From positions 12,697 to 76,696 of the forward strand of contig JBDKJD010000003.1 in the NCBI GenBank assembly GCA_039796775.1: a DNA stretch of 64,000 nucleotides, written 5' to 3'. The stretch comes from Candidatus Parcubacteria bacterium. Lineage in GTDB: Bacteria > Patescibacteriota > Minisyncoccia > Phycocordibacterales > UBA5272. A program made the translations under genes and the position numbers. Below, in pieces: positions 37,582 to 47,769 of this stretch. A model generated the notes under the pieces. The model worked only from the letters and a program-made list of their open reading frames with translations, was not told the origin of the DNA and did no database searches. Position 1 is the first letter of the stretch; the number at the start of each line of letters is the position of its first letter.

Positions 37582-37929
37582 CTACCTCCCTCTTGTTATC
37601 ACAACTCCAGGTACACAGTCATTCCAAATATCAGGCTTAGAGATATCAATAGTTACTGATTCTGCTTTTGAATGAGTAAGTACTGACTTTGCAATCTCCT
37701 CTGCTAAAGATTCGATGAGATTGTGTGGGCTCTTCATGAGAATGTCGTGCACAGATGAGCGTAAGAATTCATAATTAAGAGTTTCCTTTAGATCATCACT
37801 ATTGCCTGCATTTGCTGTAGAGCAAACAACAGAAACACTCACCACGAAACGCTGCGCTTTGTAATGCTCTTCTTTGTAATAGCCGTGTTTGGCGACGACC
37901 GTATAATTTTTAAGATAAATTGTATCCAT
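37582..37929 (-). CDS. folB: dihydroneopterin aldolase
   Basis: MDTIYLKNYTVVAKHGYYKEEHYKAQRFVVSV...DLKETLNYEF aligns along FolB length. Confidence 0.8.
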   Translation of the reverse strand: MDTIYLKNYTVVAKHGYYKEEHYKAQRFVVSVSVVCSTANAGNSDDLKETLNYEFLRSSVHDILMKSPHNLIESLAEEIAKSVLTHSKAESVTIDISKPDIWNDCVPGVVITRGR

Positions 37930-37949
37930 GTTGTTGTATGTGAAGTCTA

Positions 37950-38423
37950 TTATATTCCCAATATTCTATAAAGAGCAATTCCTGTTGCTATTGTCACATT
38001 AAGTGACTCTTTGGTTCCGAGCATCGGAATCTCTGCTATTACATCACACATAGCTAAAACCTCTTCTGACATACCGGTAACTTCAGGACCAATAATGAAC
38101 GCAACATTTTCTTTATCTTTTATACTCACCTCTTTGTAATCTATTGATTTCTCGTCTTGTTCGACTGCGATGATATATGTATTCTTCTCCCTGAGTTTAA
38201 GGAGCGCTCTGGTTGTCTCTTCTTCATATTCCCAACTAATGATCTCCTCGGCACCGAGTGCTACTTTTGCAAAGTCTTTTCTTTTGTTCCCCCATTTATC
38301 AAGCGGAGTTGGCGTTGTGCCACACAGGATAATATGAGTCACGCCACACGCATTCGCGGTACGAAAAATAGACCCAACATTATATACCGAGCGGAGATTA
38401 TCTAAGACAAGAGTGACTTTCAT
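37950..38423 (-). CDS. SpoU/TrmH-family RNA 2'-O-methyltransferase (TrmL-like)
   Basis: LDNLRSVYNVGSIFRTANACG motif 1, 157 aa. Confidence 0.7.
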   Translation of the reverse strand: MKVTLVLDNLRSVYNVGSIFRTANACGVTHIILCGTTPTPLDKWGNKRKDFAKVALGAEEIISWEYEEETTRALLKLREKNTYIIAVEQDEKSIDYKEVSIKDKENVAFIIGPEVTGMSEEVLAMCDVIAEIPMLGTKESLNVTIATGIALYRILGI

Positions 38424-38504
38424 TCACACAATACTACCACACAAAAGCCTTTAGCTATTAGCGCTTGGCTTTTGGCTAACGGCTAAAAGCTAATGGCTGT
38501 TTAA

Positions 38505-39284
38505 TTACGCTCTCAACTTCCACCCTGTCTTGAAGATGTACACACATGCAGTTAACGAGAGCGCTGTTAATGTGCCGAGCACAGTCACTCCAAGAAGTAG
38601 CGAGGCTTCGTGATATCCAGTGAGTGCGTATCTGATACCGTCCACGACATAAAATATCGGGTTAAGATAAACAATTGCTTGCCACTTCTCTGGAAGCATG
38701 TGTACAGAGTAGAATGCACCTCCCAAGAATGTAAGCGGGGTTAAGATAAAGTTAGTCACAATGCCGAACTTCTCAAAACTATTATCTGCCCAAATGCCTG
38801 CAATAATACCCAAGAAACCAAAGAGGAATGAAGCAAGGAGCACATATCCGAGCAAGAGGAACGGATGCTCTACTGTGTTCACTCCAAACAAAAGCGCCAC
38901 AACAGAAAGTGCGACCATGATGGCAAGCGCTCGCACCACACCTCCTATAATCAGAGAGAGCACTAGTTCTACATACGAGATAGGAAGTGTGAGCATATCT
39001 TCAATAGTCTTCTGGAACTTCATAAAATAAATAGAGAAGCTCGTGGCAGAAAACACAGCCATTATGAGATTCATGGCGAATACCCCAGGGAATACGAATG
39101 TAAGGTATGGTAATCCTTCTATCAGATCAATCTTACTCCCAAGTACAAAACCGAAAACAAAAATATACAATACCGCAGTGAAGAAAGGTGCGATAAGCGC
39201 CTGCCCTATTACACGCCTCGTCCTCCCGACCTCTCTTCGAATAAGTGTGTAGAGTCCTATCCAGTTATTAAGATATGATTTCAT
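38505..39284 (-). CDS. ABC-2 type transporter permease
   Basis: 6 TM, ABC-2 layout adjacent to ATPase. Confidence 0.7.
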   Translation of the reverse strand: MKSYLNNWIGLYTLIRREVGRTRRVIGQALIAPFFTAVLYIFVFGFVLGSKIDLIEGLPYLTFVFPGVFAMNLIMAVFSATSFSIYFMKFQKTIEDMLTLPISYVELVLSLIIGGVVRALAIMVALSVVALLFGVNTVEHPFLLLGYVLLASFLFGFLGIIAGIWADNSFEKFGIVTNFILTPLTFLGGAFYSVHMLPEKWQAIVYLNPIFYVVDGIRYALTGYHEASLLLGVTVLGTLTALSLTACVYIFKTGWKLRA

Positions 39285-39288
39285 ATAA

Positions 39289-40017
39289 TTATGCAGTATG
39301 TCCGATAAGCTCTAGATATGCTTCTTCTAATTTGCGACCTTTTGTTACTTCTTCTATTGTTCCGTCTTGTATAATCTCGCCGTTTTTTATAATCGCCACA
39401 CGTTCACACAATGCTTCTATTTCTTCTAAATAGTGAGACGTTAGAAGTATTGTCTTACCCTCTTTGTGTAAGATTCTCAAATATTTCCACAATGACTGAC
39501 GTGTCTCGACGTCCACTCCGGCGGTTGGTTCATCCAAGATAAGAATATCTGGGCTGTGCATCATCGCTTTAGCGAGCATAGTGCGACGCTTTAGACCCCC
39601 TGATAAAAATTGAAACTTCTTGTCTCTGTGTGACACAAGCTCAAAGAGCTCAAGAAGCTCTTGTCTTCTCTTCTCCATTTTTTCTCCTATGATACCGAAG
39701 AACCCAGCCTGATAATCAAGCATCTCATCTATCGTTTGGAAAATATCAACAGTGAACTCCTGAGGAGAAACACCAATACATGCTCGAGCATGACGATACT
39801 CTTCTACAACGTTATGACCATGTACTTCTATGACGCCTTCTGTCGGAGATGTTACCCCTGTGATACAGCTAATGGTCGTCGTTTTGCCGGCTCCATTTGG
39901 ACCAAGTATTCCTATGAACTGGCCTTTAGGAATGGAGAGGTCGATGCCATGCAATGTTTCAGCCTTTGCATCGCGATATGTCTTCCTGAGACCTTGTATG
40001 CTTATCGCTTCTTTCAT
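39289..40017 (-). CDS. ABC transporter ATP-binding protein
   Basis: GILGPNGAGKTTT Walker A, LSGGLKRR signature, ILILDEPTAGVD Walker B. Confidence 0.85.
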   Translation of the reverse strand: MKEAISIQGLRKTYRDAKAETLHGIDLSIPKGQFIGILGPNGAGKTTTISCITGVTSPTEGVIEVHGHNVVEEYRHARACIGVSPQEFTVDIFQTIDEMLDYQAGFFGIIGEKMEKRRQELLELFELVSHRDKKFQFLSGGLKRRTMLAKAMMHSPDILILDEPTAGVDVETRQSLWKYLRILHKEGKTILLTSHYLEEIEALCERVAIIKNGEIIQDGTIEEVTKGRKLEEAYLELIGHTA

Positions 40018-40023
40018 AAATAA

Positions 40024-40536
40024 TTACGCAGTGTGCATAGGAAGCGCACCAAGATAATCCATCTTCCCTATCTGAGCACCCAAGTGTCGTACGATATCAT
40101 ACGCAGTCACTATATGAAAGAAGGTATTTTGAACAGGATACTTTTCTACGAAGTCTTTACCGAGTACATATGCTCCACCCATCCAGTAAAGACTGATATG
40201 TCGCTCGTCTGCTCCCACAAAATCCTCTTCTTGAAGTGTGAGCAGGAGCTCTTTTGTTTTGTTCACTCGAACTTTTAATTCTTGGAAGGTTGTTTCTGTG
40301 TCATCCATCTTCACATGCTCTTTGCCAGCTAAGAGAAAGAGGTTACGTCTTGCGTCATCTGTTGCGATACGAATCTGAGAAACAAAAGGGAACATGTCAG
40401 GCGCTAATCTGGTCTCGAGTATCTCTTTTTCTGTGATGGCTTTTTCTACAGAAAGAGCCTCTGCTTTAGCGATGATAGCTAAAAGAGAGTCCATACCTCC
40501 TAGTAATGTCTTGTGTATATAGCTGTAGTGATTCAT
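40024..40536 (-). CDS. DUF1993 family protein
   Basis: Length and TAYDIVRHLG motif. Confidence 0.45.
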   Translation of the reverse strand: MNHYSYIHKTLLGGMDSLLAIIAKAEALSVEKAITEKEILETRLAPDMFPFVSQIRIATDDARRNLFLLAGKEHVKMDDTETTFQELKVRVNKTKELLLTLQEEDFVGADERHISLYWMGGAYVLGKDFVEKYPVQNTFFHIVTAYDIVRHLGAQIGKMDYLGALPMHTA

Positions 40537-40597
40537 AGATGTTATTATATAAAATAGTTAGTATGCTAAGTATACGCTTGATTGTGAGCGTTGTCTA

Positions 40598-40750
40598 TCA
40601 CTTCTCTTTGTTCTTATTTTTTCTACACACGTCACTACAGTAGATAACACTGTCCCATATACCTCGCTTAGCATATGATGCGCGATTGCTAAACGATCGC
40701 TTACACACAGGACACATCTTAGTATCATCTGAATACTTATTCGTTGCCAT
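40598..40750 (-). CDS. DUF2256-type zinc-ribbon protein (50 aa), start overlaps upstream gene stop by 14 nt
   Basis: MATNKYSDDTKMCPVCKRSF...VIYCSDVCRKNKNKEK; below track cutoff. Confidence 0.45.
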   Translation of the reverse strand: MATNKYSDDTKMCPVCKRSFSNRASYAKRGIWDSVIYCSDVCRKNKNKEK

Positions 40751-42164
40751 GTTTTGTGATCAGCATTCTCATACGAGGATTATTAATAAAAAGCTCTTGA
40801 TGCTTTTTGATGAAGTCCCAATAAAGTTTAGTCCACCCATCTCCCCACTCCCCTTTTTTATAATCACTCATTTTCAAAATATAATTAGCTCCTGATATAT
40901 AGGGCTTAGTCATCATCATACCGCCATCAGAATACGTGATCATGCTGTATACATTCGGAACCATAACCCAATCATAGGCATCGATGAACAATTCCATGAA
41001 CCACTTGTATATCTCATCTGGCGAATATTCATTGAGGAGCATATAATTCCCAACTATCATAAGCCGCTCAATATGATGAAGGTATGCCGTCTTAAGAACT
41101 TTTTGAATAGATACATCAACTGGAGTAGACCCGGTAGTACCATCCCAAAAAGATGCAGGCAACTTCTTGGTATATCCAAAATAATTCTTCTTCCTTTGTG
41201 TGACACCTGCTACTACATAGACACCACGCACGAACTCTCTCCAGCCGATGATTTGTCTAATGAATCCTTCTATTGATTCTATTCCTACATCATGCACTTC
41301 TCCGTACTCTATCGCTCTTCGCACTACATACTCTGGATCAAGAAGGCCGTTATTGAGATATGGACTAATCATGCTATGGAAAAGAACGTGAGCGTTTGAG
41401 ATGATTGCATCTTCGTACGGACCAAAGTCTTTGAACCTCTCTTTCAAAAATAATTCGAACACCTCCTTTGCTTCTTGTCGCGTGGTTGCATAATAATATA
41501 TATCTCCTTGTCCGTAGGAAGCTTGTATCGTGTCTCTCACATACGATCTCGCTTCTTGTATATAGTGATTATCATATTCCTTGAGCGCTTCTTTGACTTC
41601 CATTCCCTTTGGAATCTTTTTTCTATTGTCGACATCATATGTCCACTTGCCACCACGCGGCATATCTTGATCCATCAAAATCTGATACTTCTTCCTCACA
41701 TGAATATAAAAAGGCGTGAGTCGGTATGGGGCTTTAGGCAAAAGAGAAGTAACCTCATCCTTTGAGAGAAGAAACATTGGTGATTCATATCTGGTAAACA
41801 CGATTCCTGACGCTTTCTCACATGCGCGCAATCTCTTTTCTAAAATATAATCAACAGTATCGTAATACACACACGTTGCTGAATGGGTAAGATGTGGAAG
41901 TAAATAAGCCAAACCCTTACTTTTATCTTTAGTTACTTCGTAGGGCACATACCTCACTTCGTAAGAAGCGTCGAGTAATTCTTGCTCATACGCCTTCATG
42001 GTCGCACGATGAAACATAAGCTTTTGAATATGAAACGTAAGAGCATGATACTCATCCTTAAAAAAGAGAGGGTCTTCTATAAGAAAAATCTTTTTTATAT
42101 CCTTATCAAAAAGCTTGGGATTAAAGAGTTGATGAGGGAATAAAAGAAGTATTCTTTCGTGCAT
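40737..42164 (-). CDS. cryptochrome/photolyase-related protein (COG3046-like)
   Basis: IIGWREFVRGVY and GGMMMTKPYISGANYILKMSDY conserved blocks. Confidence 0.65.
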   Translation of the reverse strand: MHERILLLFPHQLFNPKLFDKDIKKIFLIEDPLFFKDEYHALTFHIQKLMFHRATMKAYEQELLDASYEVRYVPYEVTKDKSKGLAYLLPHLTHSATCVYYDTVDYILEKRLRACEKASGIVFTRYESPMFLLSKDEVTSLLPKAPYRLTPFYIHVRKKYQILMDQDMPRGGKWTYDVDNRKKIPKGMEVKEALKEYDNHYIQEARSYVRDTIQASYGQGDIYYYATTRQEAKEVFELFLKERFKDFGPYEDAIISNAHVLFHSMISPYLNNGLLDPEYVVRRAIEYGEVHDVGIESIEGFIRQIIGWREFVRGVYVVAGVTQRKKNYFGYTKKLPASFWDGTTGSTPVDVSIQKVLKTAYLHHIERLMIVGNYMLLNEYSPDEIYKWFMELFIDAYDWVMVPNVYSMITYSDGGMMMTKPYISGANYILKMSDYKKGEWGDGWTKLYWDFIKKHQELFINNPRMRMLITKHGNE

Positions 42165-42186
42165 AGTAACGACTTAGTAACATGAG

Positions 42187-42801
42187 TTACTTCTTCATCT
42201 CGTGATAAAGCTCCATACGCATACCGAGCGGACTTGAGCCTTCGTTTCTATACTTACGAGAGAGAGTAAGTTGATAGATGCCAAACACCGCAGTCAAAAT
42301 AGTAGACCAAAACTTATACTGTACCCACACGTCATTATCATAGAATCTCCAAGCTATTTCATTGGTTATAGTCAGGAGCAAAAAGAATATCCCCCATCTA
42401 AGTGAAAGGATATACCACCCCTTCTCCTGTATATCAAAGAGCGTAATAAAAAGTGGCTTGAGCATCGCTTTGCCTATTAAAGCTCCTCCTAGCAAAAAGA
42501 CAGCAAAGAACCCATTATAAAATGTATCCTTTATCATGAAGAGTTCTGGATTCTTAAAAAAGAGCGTGATCACACCAAAAAGAATAACAGATATTCCAGC
42601 AATAAGTGGGAACCATGCAATTCTTTTTTCTAAAACATATGATGCAAGTAGTGCAAGCGCAGTACAAAGAGTAAAGATAGCGGTAGAAATAAGGAACGCC
42701 TTATCTTCACTTCCTAAAATAGACAAGGTGAGGAAAAAAAGTGCAATAGGTCCAAATTCAATAGACCAAGCAATGATAACTCCTTTGTACTTATTAGACA
42801 T
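42187..42801 (-). CDS. YciB/IspA-like intracellular septation membrane protein
   Basis: 5 TM, similar block order to YciB. Confidence 0.45.
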   Translation of the reverse strand: MSNKYKGVIIAWSIEFGPIALFFLTLSILGSEDKAFLISTAIFTLCTALALLASYVLEKRIAWFPLIAGISVILFGVITLFFKNPELFMIKDTFYNGFFAVFLLGGALIGKAMLKPLFITLFDIQEKGWYILSLRWGIFFLLLTITNEIAWRFYDNDVWVQYKFWSTILTAVFGIYQLTLSRKYRNEGSSPLGMRMELYHEMKK

Positions 42802-42837
42802 TATTAGATAATAGCACGTATTAAAAAATAACCATCT

Positions 42838-43551
42838 CTATTTTGTACTGATACTATATAGCGAACCTATTTCTGTTATTGAACTTACCACGGAAGCGAT
42901 TACTTCTCTGTCAAAAACGATTTTGTGATGCCCGTGCACTGGGACGTGTATATTTTTAGCTCCTTCCAGATAACTTCCTTCTTCACTCCAGACATGATTA
43001 TCGTACTCTGGAATTATAGAAATAATTTTTTTATTTACATCTACATGTAACTGCAAATCTTTAATTATTTGACTTGTCGTATGTAATTCTTTTAGCGGCG
43101 CAATTGGGAGAACTTTTGTCATCTCTGACCCAGAGTAAGGCGTAGCAATAGAGATCATGCCGATTACTTTTCCTTTAGTAGTATTATGACAAAGAATATA
43201 TTTTCCTATGAGACCACCCTTACTGTGTCCTATGAGAATAACGTTTTTTAAATTATTCTCTTCAATAACTTCTGTCACCAAATTTGCAGAATGAGGAATG
43301 GTGTGAAGATTATACCCAAGCTTAGGAACTACATAGACTGGATGCCCCAATCTATGTAGTTCATTTACCATCTTTTTCATGAATCCCCATTTATTAAATA
43401 CCCCAGGAAGAATCACTACTGGATTCTTAGACAAATGACTAGCGTAACTGTGTGGTCGGTGAGGAGTAATATAAACAATACCCGCCATTACACCATAAAG
43501 CATGTACAGATAATCATGTGCCCATGCTTTTATTTTGGTAGAAAGTTTCAT
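42838..43551 (-). CDS. alpha/beta hydrolase (esterase/lipase-like)
   Basis: VILIGHSKGGL GxSxG nucleophile elbow. Confidence 0.6.
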   Translation of the reverse strand: MKLSTKIKAWAHDYLYMLYGVMAGIVYITPHRPHSYASHLSKNPVVILPGVFNKWGFMKKMVNELHRLGHPVYVVPKLGYNLHTIPHSANLVTEVIEENNLKNVILIGHSKGGLIGKYILCHNTTKGKVIGMISIATPYSGSEMTKVLPIAPLKELHTTSQIIKDLQLHVDVNKKIISIIPEYDNHVWSEEGSYLEGAKNIHVPVHGHHKIVFDREVIASVVSSITEIGSLYSISTK

Positions 43552-43565
43552 CTTCTTTTCTTTAA

Positions 43566-43850
43566 TTATACCAACACTTTCCCTGACGATGAAAACTTCA
43601 CACCTTCTTTTTTAAGAAGAGCTTCTTTACTCTTCCCTCTAAGTCCGTTATACCTACCTATCGCTCCATCTGACGTAACTACTCTGTGACATGGAATATT
43701 TTTGTCTTGATTGGCGGCCATGATATTCCCAACTGCACGAGACGCTTTAGGATTCCCAGCTTGTGCTGCTACTTGCTTATAAGTCATAACAGATCCCTCT
43801 GGAATCGCTTTCACCACATCACATACTTTTTGTTTAAAGGATAAGTGCAT
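43566..43850 (-). CDS. methylated-DNA-protein-cysteine methyltransferase DNA-binding/active-site domain protein
   Basis: IPCHRVV active-site Cys motif; start taken at internal Met 5 nt after upstream stop. Confidence 0.65.
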   Translation of the reverse strand: MHLSFKQKVCDVVKAIPEGSVMTYKQVAAQAGNPKASRAVGNIMAANQDKNIPCHRVVTSDGAIGRYNGLRGKSKEALLKKEGVKFSSSGKVLV

Positions 43851-43854
43851 ATAT

Positions 43855-44820
43855 TTATCCTCGGGCGACGAGATAAAAAACATACGCCACATAGATAATA
43901 ATAAACACAGCCCCCTTCCATGCGACAAGGGTATGCTTCTTACCCATAAACATAAAGATAAACAAAAGAAGCGCAGCCAAGAGACCAACTAAAATATCAA
44001 CAATAGATGAAGTTGACACAGTAACTGGTGTGATTATTGATGTGAGCCCGAGTATCCAAAACACATTAAATATATTAGAGCCGACTATATTTCCAACAGC
44101 CAGATCTGTCTCTCCTTTTTTAGCTGCAATGATAGATGTGACAAGCTCAGGCAAAGACGTACCTATGGCGACAATAGTGAGGCCAATGAAGAGTTCTGAA
44201 AGTCCTGCAACTTTTGCTAATACCACCGCTTGCTCGACGAATACTTTTCCTCCAAAGAAGAGCATGACAAGTCCTAGGACGACCAGAATGATAGCGTGTG
44301 GTTTTTTGTAAAGAACTATTTCATCCTCACCTTGAGAGGTTGGGCTTTCCTTCCTTGCAAGCTCTAAAATGTAGTACATAAAAATAGCAAAGAAAGAGAT
44401 GAGGAGTAATCCTTCCCCTCTTGTAATAAGATTCTGAGCGTCACCATTTAAAAGTACATCTTGGGTAACAAACAACACCGCAACCATCGCAAGGAGCGCG
44501 AATGGTATCTCTTTCCACACAGTAGAAGACGCGGCAGTAAGAGGAATAATAAGAGAGCACACTCCGAGTATTATTAATATATTAACAATGTTGGACCCAA
44601 CGATATTACCAAGAGCAATATCAGTGTTACCACCTACCGCAGATACCATATTAACCACAAGCTCAGGTGCTGATGTCCCAAAAGCAACAACTGTTAGCCC
44701 AATAACAAGAGATGACACTCCATATGACTTGGACAAAGAAGACGCTCCACGAACCAATATCTCTCCTCCTGCCACCAAAATACCTAAACCGATGAATAAT
44801 AATAAAAATGTAATAAACAT
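43855..44820 (-). CDS. CaCA family Na+/Ca2+ exchanger (YrbG-like)
   Basis: Two alpha-repeats GTSAPELVV / GTSLPELVT. Confidence 0.8.
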   Translation of the reverse strand: MFITFLLLFIGLGILVAGGEILVRGASSLSKSYGVSSLVIGLTVVAFGTSAPELVVNMVSAVGGNTDIALGNIVGSNIVNILIILGVCSLIIPLTAASSTVWKEIPFALLAMVAVLFVTQDVLLNGDAQNLITRGEGLLLISFFAIFMYYILELARKESPTSQGEDEIVLYKKPHAIILVVLGLVMLFFGGKVFVEQAVVLAKVAGLSELFIGLTIVAIGTSLPELVTSIIAAKKGETDLAVGNIVGSNIFNVFWILGLTSIITPVTVSTSSIVDILVGLLAALLLFIFMFMGKKHTLVAWKGAVFIIIYVAYVFYLVARG

Positions 44821-44980
44821 AATCCTAGAAGCATACTAAAAAAATAACATGAAACAAAGTGATATATCTATTTCTGGTTCGCAACGACGAGACTCCCATA
44901 GCGAGGGGGGGTATTACCTGTATCTTGTTTAATACTCTCTCGGAAAATATGATATAATCTTCCGATCAGAAAAGATATCT

Positions 44981-45065
44981 AGAGGGTTCGCATAGCGGTC
45001 TAGTGCACTGCCTTGGAAAGGCAGCAAGGTGAAAGCCTTCGGGGGTTCGAATCCCCCACCCTCTG
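44981..45065 (+). tRNA. tRNA-Ser (GGA), class II with long variable arm
   Basis: agagggt...ctgccttGGAaaggcag...caaggtgaaagccttcg ggggttcgaatccccc accctct; preceded by TGaTATAAT extended -10 at 44951..44959. Confidence 0.8.
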
Positions 45066-45107
45066 CAAAATAATGAACACAAAGTGAAACTTTGTGTGAT
45101 TATATTT

Positions 45108-45132
45108 TGCATGAGAGGTGGGGGATTCGAAC
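45108..45132. repeat. inverted partial copy of tRNA-Ser 3' end (T-arm + acceptor)
   Basis: tgcatgagaggtgggggattcgaac vs revcomp of tRNA 3' end tgcagagggtgggggattcgaac. Confidence 0.65.
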
Positions 45133-45267
45133 TGAGTCCGACACGAAGTCAACTTTGTACTCAAAATTGTGAGGACGAAGCGGGGTCGCGAAATAATCTT
45201 TTTATGAATTGTAACCAATGAAAGAAAAAGATATGTTTGGCGACCGAATCCCTACTCTTAAAAAACA

Positions 45268-45296
45268 AAAAACGAAACTGAAAGTTTCGCTTTTTG
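45268..45296 (-). terminator. rho-independent terminator of 45331..45621
   Basis: aacgaaact-gaa-agtttcgc followed by T-run on minus strand. Confidence 0.55.
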
Positions 45297-45330
45297 TTGC
45301 ATCTAACTACTAACTACAGTCTAGTGACTA

Positions 45331-45621
45331 CTAACTATTAGAAGCCTTCTCGTGGTACTCTTCTTCCTCCCCCTCCTTCTTCTCAGCGAATAACTTAGGC
45401 ACCCTCTTATACTCTTTTTTCTTCTCAACAAAAAAGTACACAACAGGCCCAATGACAGGCACACCAACAATGAGTACAACCCAAAGGAATCTATCCATCT
45501 TCGCAGCGTCAACTACCATCCAAAGAGTGAACGCAATTGCGAGCACGTAACATGCATACACAACAAAGGAAAGTAGCGCCCACACCAGAAGTCCCACAAA
45601 CATCATTGTTCCTGTAATCAT
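45331..45621 (-). CDS. PLDc_N-like small membrane protein with acidic C-terminal tail
   Basis: WMVVDAAKMDRFLWVVLIVGVPVIGPVVYFFV pattern. Confidence 0.45.
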   Translation of the reverse strand: MITGTMMFVGLLVWALLSFVVYACYVLAIAFTLWMVVDAAKMDRFLWVVLIVGVPVIGPVVYFFVEKKKEYKRVPKLFAEKKEGEEEEYHEKASNS

Positions 45622-45627
45622 ATACTG

Positions 45628-46539
45628 TTACTTGATTCCTCGTAATCTAGCTGTTCTCTCTGCAACTGGAGGATGTGTCATGAAGAGTTTTTGGAACCAA
45701 CTTATCTGTTCATGCTCACGAATCTCACTTTCATCATTCACTCCACTAGGATCAGAAATAAAGAGGTGCGCAATTGCTGCATGTTGTACCCGCATCGGCT
45801 GATGGAAGTTACTAATCTTCTCTAAAGCAGATGCAAGACCCTCTGGATAGCGAGTAATGAGCGCTCCTGTCGCGTCTGCCAGAAACTCACGCTCGCGTGA
45901 GATAGCAAGCTTGATAATCATCGCAGCTAAAGGCGCGAGAATTATCGCTACTATTCCTAATACTAAGGAGATCGGACTCTTGTTCTCATTGTCGCGGCCT
46001 CCAAACATAGAAGCATGAAGCACCATATCTGCCACGAAAGAAATCATTCCCGCGAATACCACAATAACTGTCTGCAGTAACATATCACGATTGCCGATAT
46101 GAGCTAGCTCATGAGCGAGCACTCCTTCTAATTCACTTTTATTAAGAAGTGGGAGGAGTCCTGTGGTGACAGCAACAACAGCGTTATCTTGATTGCGTCC
46201 TGTAGCAAATGCATTAGGCGCTGGATCATCAATCACATAGAGCTTGGGCATAGGAAGCCCTGCTGTGATACAGAGATTCTCAAGCGTGTTGTAGAGATCT
46301 TGGAATTCTTCTTTGGACTCTATACGACGAGCATTCGCCATAGAAAGTACGAGCTTATCTGAGAACCAGTATGCTCCAACATTCATGACGAGACTTATCG
46401 CTATCGCTCCATAAAGAAGCGAAGGGTTGCCATACATAAACGAAAGCGTAAAACCAATCACGATAACCAAAAGGAGGAACCCGGTCATCATGAACCATGT
46501 CTTTCGTATGTTAGCTGATTGATTGGAATATAAATTCAT
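45628..46539 (-). CDS. htpX: zinc metalloprotease HtpX (M48)
   Basis: HELAHIGNRD HExxH, 4 TM layout. Confidence 0.85.
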   Translation of the reverse strand: MNLYSNQSANIRKTWFMMTGFLLLVIVIGFTLSFMYGNPSLLYGAIAISLVMNVGAYWFSDKLVLSMANARRIESKEEFQDLYNTLENLCITAGLPMPKLYVIDDPAPNAFATGRNQDNAVVAVTTGLLPLLNKSELEGVLAHELAHIGNRDMLLQTVIVVFAGMISFVADMVLHASMFGGRDNENKSPISLVLGIVAIILAPLAAMIIKLAISREREFLADATGALITRYPEGLASALEKISNFHQPMRVQHAAIAHLFISDPSGVNDESEIREHEQISWFQKLFMTHPPVAERTARLRGIK

Positions 46540-46579
46540 AGGTTGGTAAGTTAGTTTGTTAGTGATTAGCGGTTAGCGG

Positions 46580-46939
46580 TCATTCTTTATTTATTAGTGT
46601 AGCAATAAGTTTATTTAGCATTTTAGCAATTTCTTCAATAAGCAATTCGTGTTGAAGTAAATTTTCTTCTTTAACAAACCCTAATCTTTTAGTAATAACT
46701 ACTTGAGTCTCGAGTTCAGAAAGAGACGCATAAGCTATTCTCAGGAACTGAACATACTCTTTTGTGTGTTTTCTTGAGAACCCTTCTGCGATATTTGAGG
46801 GGATTGATATCACAGACCTTCTCATCTGACTTGTTAAACCAAATAATTCTGTTTGAGGAAAAGAACTAGTGACTAAATAAATCTTTTCTACAAGGTCTAT
46901 ACTTTTTTGCCACACAATAAGTTCTTTATATGACTTCAT
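46580..46939 (-). CDS. four-helix-bundle protein (23S rRNA intervening-sequence protein family)
   Basis: KSYKELIVWQKSIDL...GLTSQMRRSVISIPSNIAEGFSR...ASLSELETQ signature. Confidence 0.7.
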   Translation of the reverse strand: MKSYKELIVWQKSIDLVEKIYLVTSSFPQTELFGLTSQMRRSVISIPSNIAEGFSRKHTKEYVQFLRIAYASLSELETQVVITKRLGFVKEENLLQHELLIEEIAKMLNKLIATLINKE

Positions 46940-46981
46940 AATACGACCAGTGACTAAACGCTAACGACTAGTGACTAATCA

Positions 46982-47566
46982 TTAGAAGCTAACATTGACT
47001 GGGTTCTTGGCAGCTTGATCAGCTTCATCTAATTCGAAGAATACTTCTTCTGTGAATGAGAACATCTTGGCAATGAGATTACTAGGCACTGTCTGAATCT
47101 TAGTGTTATATGCCATAACGTTTGAATTATAGAATCTGCGAGCTGCCTGAATCTTATTCTCTGTGTCTGATAACTCATTTTGAAGCTGTAAGAAGTTCTG
47201 ATTTGATTTAAGATCAGGATAGCTTTCTGCTAATGCAAAGATGCTCTTGAGAGTCCCTGAGAGCATATTCTCAGCTTCTGCATGTTCCTTCCCTGTCCCT
47301 GTTGTCGCCATAGCCGCGTTGCGCGCTGCGACAACTTTCTCAAGAGTCGAAGTCTCGAAATTAGCTGAACCCTTAACAGTGCTCACAAGATTAGGGATAA
47401 GGTCATAACGACGCTTGAACTGCACTTCGATATCTGACCATGCTTCCTTCACTCTCATACGAAGAGTGACCAAGCTGTTGTACATCGCAATAACGATAAC
47501 AATGAGAACCGCCAAAACAATTAAACCGATAATAAGTGGTGACATAAATATACGTTTCTTTTTCAA
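46982..47566 (-). CDS. lemA: LemA family protein
   Basis: N-terminal TM, EAWSDIEVQFKRRYDLIPNLV motif. Confidence 0.8.
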   Translation of the reverse strand: MKKKRIFMSPLIIGLIVLAVLIVIVIAMYNSLVTLRMRVKEAWSDIEVQFKRRYDLIPNLVSTVKGSANFETSTLEKVVAARNAAMATTGTGKEHAEAENMLSGTLKSIFALAESYPDLKSNQNFLQLQNELSDTENKIQAARRFYNSNVMAYNTKIQTVPSNLIAKMFSFTEEVFFELDEADQAAKNPVNVSF

Positions 47567-47769
47567 TTAGCCTCCCCTGAATTCAGTCATAACTGTCTTC
47601 ATAATCAAGGTAAGGTACATCTAATAGTACAAAAAGGAGCCTCAAAGTCAAGAAAAAAATAGCTTCAAAAAAAGATTCTCTGTGAATAGACAAGATGGGA
47701 TTCTGTTGTCTTATTTATCTCTTATTTTACTTGTCTTTTTTGACACTTTTGTTACTATGAGAAGTATCT

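Noticed and set aside
44911-44921. G7 run upstream of tRNA-Ser / CaCA gene
   Set aside because: Not positioned in a recognizable promoter spacer or reading frame; noted only as a second homopolymer
45100-45140. Second tRNA gene (minus strand) next to tRNA-Ser
   Set aside because: Only the T-arm and acceptor segment is present as an inverted copy; no D-arm or anticodon arm can be folded
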